Counted from the stretch's first letter, positions 1 to 12,429 are shown. The stretch: 64,000 nucleotides of DNA from Octopus bimaculoides (GCF_001194135.2 NC_068989.1:58891082-58955081), one strand, 5' to 3'. Numbers and translations are program-made. Notes: generated by a model from the sequence alone, not told the origin.

Positions 1-96
1 TATGTATGTGTTTGTATGCTTTATGTATGTCTTCTACTTTATGATATACGAGCTCTATTTACATTTTATTTTTTGCAAGTTTTTAAATTAGTTAAA

Positions 97-735
97 ATGC
101 ATAACCCAGCTTGTTTCCAAAGAGAGAAAATTGTAGGAGCGCGGATGACTGGAGTTTCAATCACTAAAAGTCGTTTAATGTTTCGGGAGGTGCAGTCTCT
201 AAAGCCATACTGGTTTTTCAAAAGTAAGATAAAACCAGATCTAGCAAGCATAATTTTAGATGGAAGGCAAAGCCTACAAAGAGTAACCGCAGAATACTGA
301 AACGTAGTGTCTTTAGAAACTATCGAGCTACTGCAGCAGAAGCGACAGTAGAGCTAAAACACGAATTTGTCAGGGCTTTGTCAACCAAAATCAGGTCTTG
401 GGCTCCATAAAACTGGATACCATAAGAGGGCTGGAATTGCTAAACATCTCCTGTCCTGCATTAACGTTAATAAACGGATAAAAATTATGTATAGACTATT
501 AGAAGTAGTCAAAGACTCAATGGTGCAATGCAATCTTTGATGAATTATCATTCACCCTTTTACTCCGCTTCAGGGAGATTTTATATTTGAAGATATTCCA
601 AAAAACGTCTGTTTGGCACTTACCGTGAAGCATAGAAGTGGTTTAGCTGTGATTTTCCATATCACAGTATTCTCTTCGCTCTTTAGTTGTACTGCACAGC
701 AGAGTTAACACCAAGGATTATCTGAGTATTCTTTT
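97..735 (+). mobile_element. Decayed Tc1-like (IS630-Tc1-mariner) transposase, N-terminal half
   Basis: Translation FQREKIVGARMTGVSITKS resembles the Tc1 paired-domain start (FQRGQIVGAR.AG.SVTK); later frameshifted pieces WCNAIFDELSF and CLALTVKHRSG resemble SDES.F and C...TVKHGG; many stops and frameshifts; interrupted by a SINE at 738. Confidence 0.72.
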
Positions 736-737
736 AA

Positions 738-915
738 GGCGGGCAGAATTGTTAACACGCCGGAAAAATACTTAGCAGTATTTCATGTGTCTTTACGTTC
801 TGAGTTCAAATGCCACCGAGTCGACTGTATCTTTCATCCTTTCGGGGTCGATAAAATAGGTTAAACACTGGAGTCGCTGTAATCGATTTACTCCTAAAAC
901 TGCTGACCAAAATTT
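738..915 (+). mobile_element. tRNA-derived SINE, family A (diverged)
   Basis: GGCGG(G)CAGAATTGTTAAC head, GAGTTCAAAT B-box, central CATCCTTTCGGGGTCGATAAAAT block shared with about 11 other copies in the window. Confidence 0.8.
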
Positions 916-1330
916 GACCTCAACACACACATACGCACACACTAACTTACACACATGTGTGAGGGTGTATAATTAACAGTATGCAGCCATGCACGAACAT
1001 TAACAATGAGTTCAGAACTCAGTAATCGGTTCCTCATTAAACTCCTATAGCCTACGCGCTATGAATTTTATCACTCTGGAGAATAGGCTAAAGTGCAGAG
1101 TCTGAACCCCATTATATCAGAAACACAGAAAACATTATGCTATTCTTATACTCTAGCGTACACGTGTTTCAAAGAGCCGGGGGCTTCTTTCCTCGCTGAT
1201 GTCTAATAATAGCAATAATGTTTCTTCGTTTCTTATATCTATATCTATGTATCTTTCTATCTATTTATAAATGTATGTATATATATCTATGCATATGTGT
1301 ATGAATGTGTGAATGTGAGTGCATATACAT

Positions 1331-1332
<2 letters not shown>

Positions 1333-1406
<74 letters not shown>
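1333..1406. repeat. (AG)n microsatellite
   Basis: Uninterrupted AG dinucleotide run. Confidence 0.97.
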
Positions 1407-1409
<3 letters not shown>

Positions 1410-2479
1410 CGTAGTAAATAAATGTGATGATTAAGATGTACAGTCCTGTAATCCAGTATTTGGCACTTTATATTAAAGTTTATTTGTTTTTTTGTTTTTT
1501 CAAAGAATATTTCTAAAGAAAGGATAAAAAATGGCGGTGATATTTGCTGAGAATGTCATTAACTGTATGAAATTTGTAATTCAGATAATAATATGCTACT
1601 AACGACTACAACATTTGTTTTCAATAATTTAGAAACTGTCTTTCAGAAAGCCTGCGCTGTAAATAGCTGTGAATTATTACTCACACATTGTTTACCACAA
1701 TAAAAGATTCAGCGACCACAATCATCGTAATATGTGTTGCGAAGAGGAGAATAAAGTCATTGAATTTTTGTGTATTCATAAGTCATATTCAGCTGTAGTC
1801 GATTGTAAAAATAAAGAGGCTTTTGAAACAAGCGGACAGATTTAGTTAATTTGAAATCCAAGTGTTGTAATTTCGAAAAATCTGTTTAAAAATATTAGTG
1901 GTTAGGGCTTAAACTGATGCTCTGACACAGGATATAAAAGGTTACTGGAAAATATGGAACACAGTTCGTGTAATCTCCGGACGTATTAATGAAACCAAGA
2001 AACTAAGAATTATCTAATCGTATATAAGCAATATCTTTAGATTTATAGTATCGGACGAATCGATACTAAGTATATATTTGGGAGTTAAAACGTGTGAGAG
2101 GAGCTCCAGAACATAACGACATGAAGTTCAAACAAGCTGGATTTTATTGAGCTGCAAGTATATCATTTGAAATGACATATTTTCAGATATACAGCATTAC
2201 GTGATTAATCCCGGATATTTATATAGATTGAGTATAATCCGACAGAGTAAGTATGGAGCCATGACTAAATATCCTAATACGGAATTAATTAACTTATATA
2301 ATCTATGGTGTATTTTTCTATTTTCTTCTAGCACTTTGAAATTTAAACAAAATTTTCAATGATCAATTTTCTATTTTATTCAGACTATGCAATCCGATAG
2401 CGAAGCACGGAATTTTGACTATATAGAAATTGAATGGAATTCAATAGGATCGATTTAGTGGTAGGCTTGTAGTCAGAGC

Positions 2480-2628
<149 letters not shown>

Positions 2629-3383
2629 AGAAACTATCAAAGAATTAAGAGACAGACACATAATTACTTATTTTTTAAAAATATGTTTCGGATCTGATAT
2701 ATAAGAAAAAATTGTTGAGAAAGGGACGGGGTAATACAAAGAGACAAAGTTCTATTATATGGACATGTGAGTTTTGGGAGGTTGTTCCAAGAGATGTGCT
2801 TTAAGACGGAAATATCATTTATAGGAAAGATAGGGAGAATTTGAGAAAATGCGTTGAATCAAAACGCCAATTAGTATCAAGTTATGATTCAATCGGAGTC
2901 GGAAATAGGTATTCATCAGTTGCTCTGTTTTCTTACATTTTTGATTGCAATCTTCGAAAAATAGTTTCCACTCTTCAAAGAAATGATATTTCGGAATCTT
3001 TCAGTGTTCTGAAATATCATTTCTTTGACGACCTGTTATACAAACAGGTTTGAGACAGAGCCAACATGGATTTCTATGAAGTAAATATAGATAGTAATTC
3101 CAGAGTAGACAGTAATTTTCAACGTAAATATCTATTTCGTATAAGTTGGACAGCCAATCACTCAAAACGATCGTTACGAATAATGAAGTACAATTTTATT
3201 TATTTATTTTTTCACTGCCCTGCCTAGCGAAAAGAGAGCAACTTAGTTACCATATTTACTTTTTGAAATTTCAAACAAAATGTAAGGAATGAATGACTGA
3301 GCAGACTCCGAAGAGAAAATGTACTTTCAGCAAGAATCCAAACCAAGTCATATCAAAGCTAATAGTAATATACCGATAAAATA

Positions 3384-3582
3384 AGGCGGCGAGCTGGCAG
3401 AACCATTAGCACGCCGGGTAGAATGCTTAGCAGTATTTCGTCCGTCTTTAAGTTCTGAGCTCAAATGCTGTCGAGGTCGATTCTGTCTTTCGGGGTCGAT
3501 AAAATATATGTACAAGTTGAATACTGGGGTCAGTGTAATCAACGTAACCATTCTCCCAAAATTGCTGCTCTTGTGCCAAATT
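3384..3582 (+). mobile_element. SINE family A with 13-bp TSD
   Basis: Full GGCGGCGAGCTGGCAGAA head, B-box-like block, GGGGTCGATAAAAT core; flanked by TACCGATAAAATA at 3371-3383 and 3583-3595. Confidence 0.9.
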
Positions 3583-3608
3583 TACCGATAAAATATACCA
3601 ATAAAATA

Positions 3609-3790
3609 AAGCAGGGTCGTTAGCACACCGAGCAAAATGCACAGCGGAATTTCGACTTCCTCTATGTTCTGAGTTCTGCTGAGGTCGACTTCGCCTTTCG
3701 TCTCTTTCGAGGTCGATAAAATACAAGTTGAGCACTAGTGTCGATGTAATTTCCGAAATTGCTATCCTTGTTCCAGATTTGAAAACAATA
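3609..3790 (+). mobile_element. SINE family A (more diverged copy, tandem to the previous one)
   Basis: GTCGTTAGCACACCG...GAGGTCGACTT...GAGGTCGATAAAATA...TTGTTCCAGATTTGAAAAC; flanked by TACCAATAAAATA (3596-3608) and TACTGATAAAGTA (3791-3803). Confidence 0.82.
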
Positions 3791-4604
3791 TACTGATAAA
3801 GTAGAAATTGTTGGTGTAATGATATATATATATATNNNNNNNNNNTATTTATAAACATAATTAAGGGATCAGCAAGCATTTGTAATAATTATATATATAT
3901 ATATATGTATAAAACAGAGATTTTAAGTGTCATGACAGCATTGACAGCATGCTTAGTTTTAAGATTTATACAACGTTTTTACCGGAACAATTTTCGTGGG
4001 ATTAAGAGTATTTTATTGAATATAGCTATTGACATTTTCTATCATCAGTCTTCCCGTCAGGTCATTACGGGACGTTTCTGTGAAATATTCGACAGTTTCG
4101 AAAACACACGAGTCTGTTTGACTGCTTGTTATCTAAAATCAGCACTATCACTTCTCTCCTATCACTCATCGGTCTGTTAGCCTTAATAGATTTCATCTAC
4201 AATTTATCGGTCTCAGTGCTAAATATCAGCCATACAGCGAGTCAGTCCTGCAATCTCTTCCACCTGCTACTCTGTCATTCTGCTCACTTCTTTATATATA
4301 TATATATATATATCATTTTTTTTGTCGGTTTTAACTGATCTGTCAAAATCTCAGAGACTCATTCTATTGGAAATAACTTTAAATCAAAGCACGTATGATA
4401 TCAGTCACTTCCATTCATAGTTATGGAAGTAATAACTAGTTAACATGCTAGTTCTGCAGAGTAAGTTACTACCAAAACTACTTCACAAATTTTACTATAG
4501 TTACCATTTTGTCGCTACGAAAATACTTTTCTAGCGGCCCCCCCCCTACACACACGCACGCACGCACACACATACACACACACACATACTAAAGAAAATC
4601 TATT

Positions 4605-6309
4605 AAATAGTTCTCAACTTCTTTAATATATGGGCCAATTCAAAACTTAAATTTTTTTAGGGAACCGCACCCAAAAAATTAAAGCACAAGTTAATTATAG
4701 AAAAATTTATTATATTTATTATACTTATAGAGGGAAGACCGTCATTAAAAAAAATGGAATTTAATGTGAAACATTATTTTGCTTTAATTCATGGTAGAGC
4801 GTGTCCTTGCTTTGTAGGGCGCGGTTCAGAGTCGAAATATGTCCGGTGATACCTACCATGAAGCCAGATCAGCAATCCATTCTTTGTTGCTAAGCTGGGG
4901 AAAGATTATCTTCCTTTCAGCAAAAGCTTTGATTTCTGAGAGAAGTTTGTAGAACCTATTGAGACATGTGACACGGCTTAACTATCGTACAGCAGTGTAC
5001 ATTAACATGTCTCCATAGTCAGCATCAATATCCACCAGAAATTGCTTGAAATTACGATGTTCAGGGCTGGAATTATTATGGCACGAACCCAATTTATGAT
5101 CGATATTACAGCCTCTTTCACATTGGCCATTTTCAGCAACTTAGCAAGGATATTTTCCCAGTATATAATGCAGGGGTTCCATATCACAAGAGTAAGGTTG
5201 TCCTCTGATTGCCATCTGGCAATGAGTTCTTGAAGTTCTTCTTTCTGTCCAAGCATAGAATGAACTCAATCTATGGCAACCGAAACAGCTTTGACAGATG
5301 CAAATGTGGTTGTTGAAGGCTTGCAAGAAATTCACGGAATATATCATCTGTACTTTTTGTTGAGCCATGAGTGGAATGCAACGTGAGAAATTCTTTGTAA
5401 ATCTGGAAGTTTGGCATAACTCCCCTGACGAATTCAGCTCATTGCTCTGTTTCGGTTATGTCTTTTGTGCCTCAAGAGCAATAGAGTAGACAAAATCCCC
5501 CAACTTACTGCGAAGCTGGTCATGTAGTCCACTAGATATACATTCAACTCGTCGAGTTACTGTGCCATTACTAAGCTGTATTTTCTTATCTTTTCGTTGA
5601 ATGCTAGAATAACAACATTCTTCAGTGAACACGACAATAGACTATTTCATGATGTTGCCATCTGATTACGGCTTCATATGGCAAGCCAGAAGGTGGCTCT
5701 ATGATGCCATTATTATGTCTTTACAATCACGTTTGAAGACATTCCTTTGTTTTGTACGCGTTGACTTTAAGAATTTCAACTTCTTTTTTCTTTTCTCTCT
5801 GGTAGCTATCATACTCCTCAGAATGTGTTTTATAGTGCCTCTCAATATTAAATGACTTAAACTCTTTACCATCACAGGATAGAGAATGCAGAGTGCCTTG
5901 GCGTCTTTTTCAATCACAAATATTTTACTTCCCAATCGGCTCGAAATGTACGGTTCTCTTGCATAAATGTACGAGCTATCTACGAAATTACCACCATGAC
6001 AGTGAAGGATAATTAATGCAATGATGAAAGAATGAATAATGGCTGACTGAGTAGCATATTGTTTTACTAACACCGCTAGTGTGTATCTCGTCGCAAATTT
6101 GAGTGAGGGAATGAACGAAAATAGTGTGATTTCTGTTTAAAACGGACTCACGCTTGAAATTTTTCAAAAAATTAAAATTTTGGTACCAGCATTTCTGCAT
6201 TTGCATGAGAACTTTCTAAATTAGGAGTTCTATTGTGTTTTTTTAAAAAGGTCGAGGGTCGCCGGGAGGATGTTTGAGGGCCGCATGCGGCACTGGGAGA
6301 GAACTACTG
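4605..6309 (-). mobile_element. Decayed hAT DNA transposon (SPIN/GTF2IRD2/EPM2AIP1-type transposase)
   Basis: Minus-strand frameshifted translation YSIALE/DITETEQ*AEFVRGV...KSTDDIF...CII...LN/HRNFKQFLVDIDADYGDMLMYTAVR*LSR...RFYKLLSEI...EWIADLA follows the family pattern SLALDESTD.TDTAQL.IF.RG, HCIIH, NHRQF..FL....YGDL.Y...VRWLSRG..L.RF. Ends: CAGTAGTTCTC (rc of 6299-6309) with a GCCGCATGCGGCCC subterminal block, and a partial AAATAGTTCTC at 4605. No TSD found. Confidence 0.85.
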
Positions 6310-6450
6310 ATTAAGACACTTCCTTCATATCTCGTTGCGCCAAGGTTACGATTCTCTTAAAAAGATAAAGCGTTTGTTTTTCGTCGATTGTTCAGAAAAG
6401 ACTTTCTGCCATATTAATATGTTATGGAATACATTAATTTATAGATTATA

Positions 6451-6640
6451 GGTGACGAGCTGACAGAATTGTTAGCACGCTTAGAGGCGTTTCGTCTGTC
6501 TTTACGTTCTGAGTTCACATTCCACTGAGGTCGACTTTGCTGTTCATTCGATCGAGGTCGATAAAATAAGTACCAGTCAAGTACTGAGTCGATGTAATCG
6601 ACTAGGATCCTTCCCTAATATTTCAGGCCTTGTGCCTACA
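6451..6640 (+). mobile_element. SINE family A
   Basis: GGTGACGAGCTGACAGAATTGTTAGCACG head, GAGTTCACATTCC B-box, GAGGTCGATAAAATAAGTACCAG core. Confidence 0.85.
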
Positions 6641-6665
6641 GAAATATATTATGGGATCAATTATA

Positions 6666-7500
6666 TCTATATATATAAAACACAGGATGTGTGTCTGTCT
6701 GTGTGTTTGTCAAGTCGTTATAGCTCGAGATCCACCCAACTGATTTTAATGAAATTTTACACACGTATTACATAGGGTCCATGGAGTGTCATGGGCCAAA
6801 ACATTTTCAACTTCTGGCTTAATGCGGGCCCAGAGGCAGATAAACCGCGTTTTAAAGCATTTTCGCAGCGTTAAGGCCCGTAACTTGAACAGTATCCAGT
6901 CACTTTCCTCCAAATTTGGAACAAACATTAATCAGGCTCCTCGAATTGCTGTTGACTAAAAAAAAATTCCGATGTCGACTATGCCCTCCCCCAATGCAGA
7001 TTAATCAGATTTGAGTATACTGCACTGAATTTTATCTTTGTTTTAGACCATTTTCCGACGGTAAAATATTGACACTACTTATGCATTATAAGTAGTGTAT
7101 AATATTTCATGAAAATATTTTGGCCAATTTCGTAGAGGAAATGAGAAGAACATTAAAATTTTTGTCGGCGCCCTGTTGATGCTTCATGTTACCATCCCGC
7201 GCACCACCGGGCCATGTTCGTGTGTGTGCGGCTGGGTAAAGGCACAACAAACCCATTCATCCATTCTCCAGAAGTGCCCTGTTGATGTTTCACGTTTCCA
7301 ATCCTGCGCAACGCAGCATGGCCCGGCAGGATGTCTGTTTTCTATGTCATCCATGTCTGAACTATACCGTGCAAAATGTTCATACAAAAAATTAAACTGC
7401 TATTGTGACTCACAGCCATTTAAGTTTGACCGTGTGACCACTTCCGAAAGCTACACTCACCACCCGCAAATAGTCCCCTACCCCGTGTTACCTCCCCCGT
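6666..7500 (+). mobile_element. Non-autonomous Helitron-like element (3' end not resolved)
   Basis: Starts A|TCTATATATATAAAA, then a GTCT-type microsatellite and CAACTGATTTTAATGAAATTTT, the layout typical of Lep1/DINE-like Helitron 5' ends; GC-rich body with an internal direct repeat (about 7170-7217 vs 7276-7325). No hairpin+CTAG 3' end found. Confidence 0.5.
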
Positions 7501-7519
7501 TTAGTCGGACGAGTAAATA

Positions 7520-7957
7520 CAGGGTATCCCAGAATTAATGATGATTTGATTGAGATCGGTTGCATTTTTTTAAGAACTCACTTTTATTTATGCTTATGTT
7601 TAATATGTGTTAAAAGTATAACTTTTGAATTTTGTTTATGATTTTATTTTCATTCCTGTTGGACCCCTCTTATTTGTCCATGACAACTTTTTTCTTTCAA
7701 TCTGGCAGTAATCATTTTCTTTTCCTCCATCCCCAAGATGGAGCAATCGTTTAGCTGAGCTTAAAGAACACATTCATTTAACAGTGCAGGAAATAACTCG
7801 TGAAATGCTTCAAAATGTGTTTCACAATGCTAAGGAGAGATTTGAAGTATGCAGGGATAGAGACCTGTTGAAAATTTTCTATAAAAGTTTGACGTAAGAT
7901 TTATAAATCTATTTGTTTTGGTAATAAACATAAAAGTCTGTCATCTGGAACTTCCTG
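7520..7957 (+). mobile_element. Tc1/mariner deletion derivative
   Basis: TA flanks (7518-7519, 7958-7959); degenerate TIRs TACAGGGTATCCCAG vs CTGGAACTTCCTGTA (11/15); internal peptide ELKEHIHLTVQEITREMLQNVFHNAKERFEVCRD resembles a Tc1/maT transposase C-terminus. Confidence 0.7.
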
Positions 7958-8063
7958 TAGTTGTTAGTTGTTGCGTTGCTCGAGTAAATACTAAAATCAA
8001 AGGTCTTCTTGCCTTAAACATCCTATCTTTTTGTTAAGCATATTGTATCAAGGAGTATATTAT

Positions 8064-8125
8064 CCAGGCGTGGCTGTGTGGTTGAGAAGCTTGCTTTCCA
8101 GCCATGTCGCCTTGGGTTCAGTCCC
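8064..8125 (+). mobile_element. SINE family B head fragment
   Basis: CAGGCGTGGCTGTGTGGTTGAGAAGCTTGCTT...GGGTTCAGTCCC matches the heads at 19107, 29961 (rc) and 62594 (rc); truncated after the B-box. Confidence 0.75.
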
Positions 8126-9289
8126 ATTTGGAACAAACATTAATCAGGCTCCTCGAATTGCTGTTGACTAAAAAAAAATTCTCATTTGTTACAGCTCCGT
8201 GCAGACCAAAAACTTTTGTATTATGTAATTGCCATTACTATATTGATATATAAAATCACACATACAACTCCTTATTATTGTCATATAATAAACACACAGA
8301 AGTTCCTGTATGAAATTGCTCTTTTTTCTACTTCAATTATTACATGTTTTTTTCTAATAACATATACACATACAGGAGGAGTAAATCTATACATATAATA
8401 ACACTTTGAATGTGGCTCTCGAGAAAGAGTAATAGTAATTACCCGATCAAAGACGGATATTACTGCTAGTATTGGAATAAAAATGGGTGGGTGAGTTTGT
8501 GGTGTAATAAAATTAAAGACTAAACTTTGATAATTTGACGACAATTCCCAATGGACCAAGTCTCTTAACTATTTCTATTTCCTCATTTCATCCATTGGCG
8601 TTACTTGTGTCATTAATGTTTGTAAGAAAGGCATGAACATCACAACAGCCTGATAAAACTATGTGCCGATTTTGCCAAGTTGGAAAAAAAAACATTTCAT
8701 AAAAAGACAGATGAATTTTTAAAGATTTGATTTGATTGAGAATTGGTTGTTATTTCTAACTGGACACTATTTGGTGCTTTCCTGATTCTGTAGAAATCTT
8801 CAGTTATTCTCGTTTCACGTGAACGGGGCGAACTAAGTTCGATCATAGAGTTTGAAGGAAATCGTTTGTGTTTGGTAATACTAGATCAGTATGTGAGAAT
8901 TGTTCAGAAACGTAACTCTCATGAGTTGAATTAGGCTAAAAATAATCTTTTGCCCGAAAATAATAATTCATCATAAATATCTTACTTCAAAATCTGATAT
9001 TTCACAAGACTTTGGAATGAAGGTGTGATAAACAGATTAAGTATCTTGTCATGCTGAAGCAACTAGTTAACGATGATGGCAGAGCAACCCTACAGACAAA
9101 GCATCTGAATAAATCATAGCAACTCATTCCGAACCGGTTAAGCAGAGCGGAAGGCTAACCAATGATCGTTTTTACTTTGGACTTTGCCGACTGATTCGTT
9201 GAAGTTGCGTAGCCACCCGAGTTTTAACTGTAATAGAGGCATTAAACTGCTGTCACAAAATGTTCTAACAATCAACCTAGAAACCTAAA

Positions 9290-9292
<3 letters not shown>

Positions 9293-9368
<76 letters not shown>

Positions 9369-9369
9369 G

Positions 9370-9400
<31 letters not shown>

Positions 9401-9510
9401 GTAGATATATGTATATATATATGCATGTATATGTAGGTATACATATAAATGTGTGTATGTGTGCGTGTGCGTGTGCGTATATGTGTGCATGTGTGTGTGT
9501 GTATATGTAT
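9293..9510. repeat. (AT)n with compound AT/GT microsatellite
   Basis: Direct inspection. Confidence 0.95.
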
Positions 9511-9599
9511 GTATATATTTGCATGAAGTTAAATATATGTCCGGTCATAGAATGACCAATGGTTCCGCATCCATAAAACGCTTAGCTTTATAAACGGTT

Positions 9600-10045
9600 C
9601 GTCAAACTCCAGTAGCCGTGGAGAAGTCTAGTGTGACGTCTTGGCTCCAGTTCATGCAGGCCCTACTAGAACCCAAACAAAAGGCTCTCCTACATCAACA
9701 CAGCCTATCGTATTAAGGAACCTAGTGAAGGGTGTCAGCAATAGGATCTCGGATACGTCCTCGAATCAAGACATTTTCGACGCCGCAGCCCCCATATTAC
9801 AACGAGCACCCAGTGAGTTTAAGGAAAGCACCTCCTATATGCTAAGCCCTAGCCCCCTGAAATGGAAGCGCCACCGGAAGGTCGTTTGGTTTGCCCTACC
9901 CTTTCTTCTCAACTTTAAAACTTGAGTGGGAAGGATATTTCTTAGGTTAGTAGACAAGCACTTCACGCAGACACATAGGTACGGACGTTTGTCCAAGAGG
10001 CACGACCTAAATTACTCAACATGTAAAGAATATTGGTGAACACCC
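9600..10045 (+). mobile_element. Penelope-like element fragment (RT thumb and linker)
   Basis: PY*NPNKRLSYINT...NLVKGVSNRISDTSSNQDIFDAAAP...KRHRKVVWF.LPF.LNFKT*VGRIFLRLVDKHF...NYSTCK parallels the Penelope-like pattern PY.KPN..P.YIN..SNHP...ISKRIS.LSS...F..AAP.Y...R.R.IIWFNPPYS.NV.TNIG..FL.L.DKHF...VSYSC. Confidence 0.82.
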
Positions 10046-10350
10046 ATGAAACGTGATATATTTGATCTATCATAAATTATACCATTCTTACAATACATCA
10101 ACATTTGTTATACACAGGTCGAATCCACTGACAATCTGCGCAAAGAAACAATGTGGCATCTTTTGTTTGTTTCCACAGCAAACTTTAATCTTGAGATCCC
10201 CAGTCACTGCATGAATAATTAATAACTTATAACATCGGAAATAGTCACAGTAAGTATTACGATATCTTAAAGCAATTTTCTCTTCCACTCAGCCCAGGCA
10301 AATATGCAAAAATAGTTACAGCATCAATAATCTCATTTAGTTCAAACACT

Positions 10351-10734
10351 GTTAATGGCACTCCGTCGCTTACGACGTCGAGAGTTCCAGTTGATCCGAT
10401 CAACGGAACAACCTGCTCGTGAAATTAACGTGCAAGTGGCTGAGCACTCCACAGACACGTGTACCTTTAACGTAGTTCTCGGGGATATTCAGCGTGACAC
10501 AGTGTGACAAGGCTGACCCCTTGAATTACAGGCACAACAGAAACAGGAAGTAAGAGTGAGAGAAAGTTGTGGTGAGAGAGTACAGCAGGGTTCGCCACCA
10601 TCCCCTGCCGGAGCCTCGTGGAGCTTTAGGTGTTTTCGCTCAGTAAACACTCACAACGCCCGGTCTGGGAATCGAAACCGCGATCCTATGACCGCGAGTC
10701 CGCTGTCCTAACCACCGGGCCATTGCGCCTCAAC
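10351..10734 (-). mobile_element. Near-intact tRNA-derived SINE, family C, with 13-bp TSD
   Basis: Minus-strand head GAGGCGCAATGGCCCGGTGGTTAGG...GGTTTCGATTCCCAG (A and B boxes); exact flanking repeat TAGTTCAAACACT at 10338-10350 and 10735-10747. Confidence 0.92.
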
Positions 10735-11210
10735 TAGTTCAAACACTAGGCTGGAATAAACACCATCGATATGTGCAGAGGATCATCCTGCTTACCTCGC
10801 TATGCCCAATACCAAAATCTCCTGATGCGCTGAGGAATCCATTACGCGTTCGATCTACCTACTAGGCATTGTAACTAGATTGCCCATGTCATTTACTAAT
10901 GGCTTGGAAAATTACAAATGTATTCTGATAATACTGACTTCATCTACATATTCTATGTAATCTTTCCTTGTACCTTTAATTCGTGGAAAGATTTTATATT
11001 CTAACGTGTAACATTAATAATTGCAGCAAATTGCAGTTGTGATTCTTTTTCTTATCATAGATATCGATATCTAGTTTATCTTAATTTTACATGGACTCGT
11101 ATCCGGACTAAATTATAAATTTAGACATGTTCTAATTAGAATTAGCTTTATTTTTCTTTTCTCCTTCTGCATTTCTTAGTCTACACTACTGTATATCATT
11201 TACATCTATA

Positions 11211-11233
11211 ACACACACACACACACACACACA

Positions 11234-11296
<63 letters not shown>
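11211..11296. repeat. (CA)n microsatellite
   Basis: Direct inspection. Confidence 0.97.
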
Positions 11297-11298
<2 letters not shown>

Positions 11299-11608
11299 AT
11301 GTGTAACTGATGCATTTATCAGTTTATATTCTGTATTACCGTGTATGTGATAATTACTCCATCTATTCTCTCTCTACAAACACACGTTTATCAGATTCGT
11401 TCTACAATTACCTCAGCATTCATTTCTTCTGGAACTATCAAGGACCAGTTTTATCAGTTCCCCTGTTCATTCATTTGTCTTGCTCTTTGATGGTTCTTAT
11501 ACTCCTTACACATCATTCACAGACTCTATCATGCTGTTCAAAATATTCCAAACTGACACTCTGTTCCCTCTTTCTCCTCCCCTCTCTCTTCCTCTTTCTT
11601 TAAATTTA

Positions 11609-11701
11609 CATACATACATGTATGTATGTATGTATGTATGTATGTATGTATGTATGTATGCATGTATGTATGTATGTATGTATGTATGTATGTATGTATG
11701 T

Positions 11702-11744
<43 letters not shown>

Positions 11745-11770
11745 ATATATATATATATGTATATATATAA
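11609..11770. repeat. (TATG)n plus (AT)n/(GT)n compound microsatellite
   Basis: Direct inspection. Confidence 0.95.
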
Positions 11771-12216
11771 GGTATATGTGAAAGAGAGAGAATGACAGAG
11801 AAATAAATTAGCGAGTCTTCTCTCCTTCTGTCCAATATTCTTCATTTTTTTAATCATTCTTTTTCTAATCTGTTTTTGCATTTTCCAATCTCAAATAATT
11901 TTTTTTTCTTTACTTCTATCTTCAATCTCACTTCTTTTCCTGTCCCTCCATATTCTTCTCATTCTCATCTCAAACCTCGTTTACAGTCACCCCAACCATT
12001 TCTTCTCAAGAACTAGAATTTTTTTTTTTTTTTCCAACGAATCTTCAAACCAACTTACGTTCCATTTCCGGTACTCTACACAAGTCTAATAAAGAGCCCT
12101 TCTTTAGCGTGATGCTACTAAACCAGCTCCTATCTTTTCACAGCGATCTATTAAGAGAAAATAGCTGCCGCTATGGTGGTTTGCTTTCATAAGCACCATC
12201 AAAACGTTTGCCCCCC

Positions 12217-12429
12217 NNNNNNNNNNNNNNNNNNNNNNNNNNNNNNNNNNNNNNNNNNNNNNNNNNNNNNNNNNNNNNNNNNNNNNNNNNNNNNNNNNNN
12301 NNNNNNNNNNNNNNNNNNNNNNNNNNNNNNNNNNNNNNNNNNNNNNNNNNNNNNNNNNNNNNNNNNNNNNNNNNNNNNNNNNNNNNNNNNNNNNNNNNNN
12401 NNNNNNNNNNNNNNNNNNNNNNNNNNNNN
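12217..12429. other. Assembly gap (N). Other gaps: 3836-3845, 16084-16515, 22340-22349, 25968-26490, 36151-36160, 36530-36539, 53447-53467, 61915-62274, 63134-63368
   Basis: Runs of N, mostly abutting microsatellites. Confidence 0.99.

Noticed and set aside
2187-2460. Possible plus-strand micro-exons (2187-2246, 2384 onward); similar cases at 17666-17709, 33460-33500 and 39945-40000
   Set aside because: Only splice-like dinucleotide context and short open frames; no shared domain or phase chain.
10640-10734. tRNA gene (also similar heads at 53270-53337 and 62530-62594)
   Set aside because: A and B boxes are present but each head continues into a SINE body, with TSDs in two of the three cases; no acceptor stem or oligo-T terminator.
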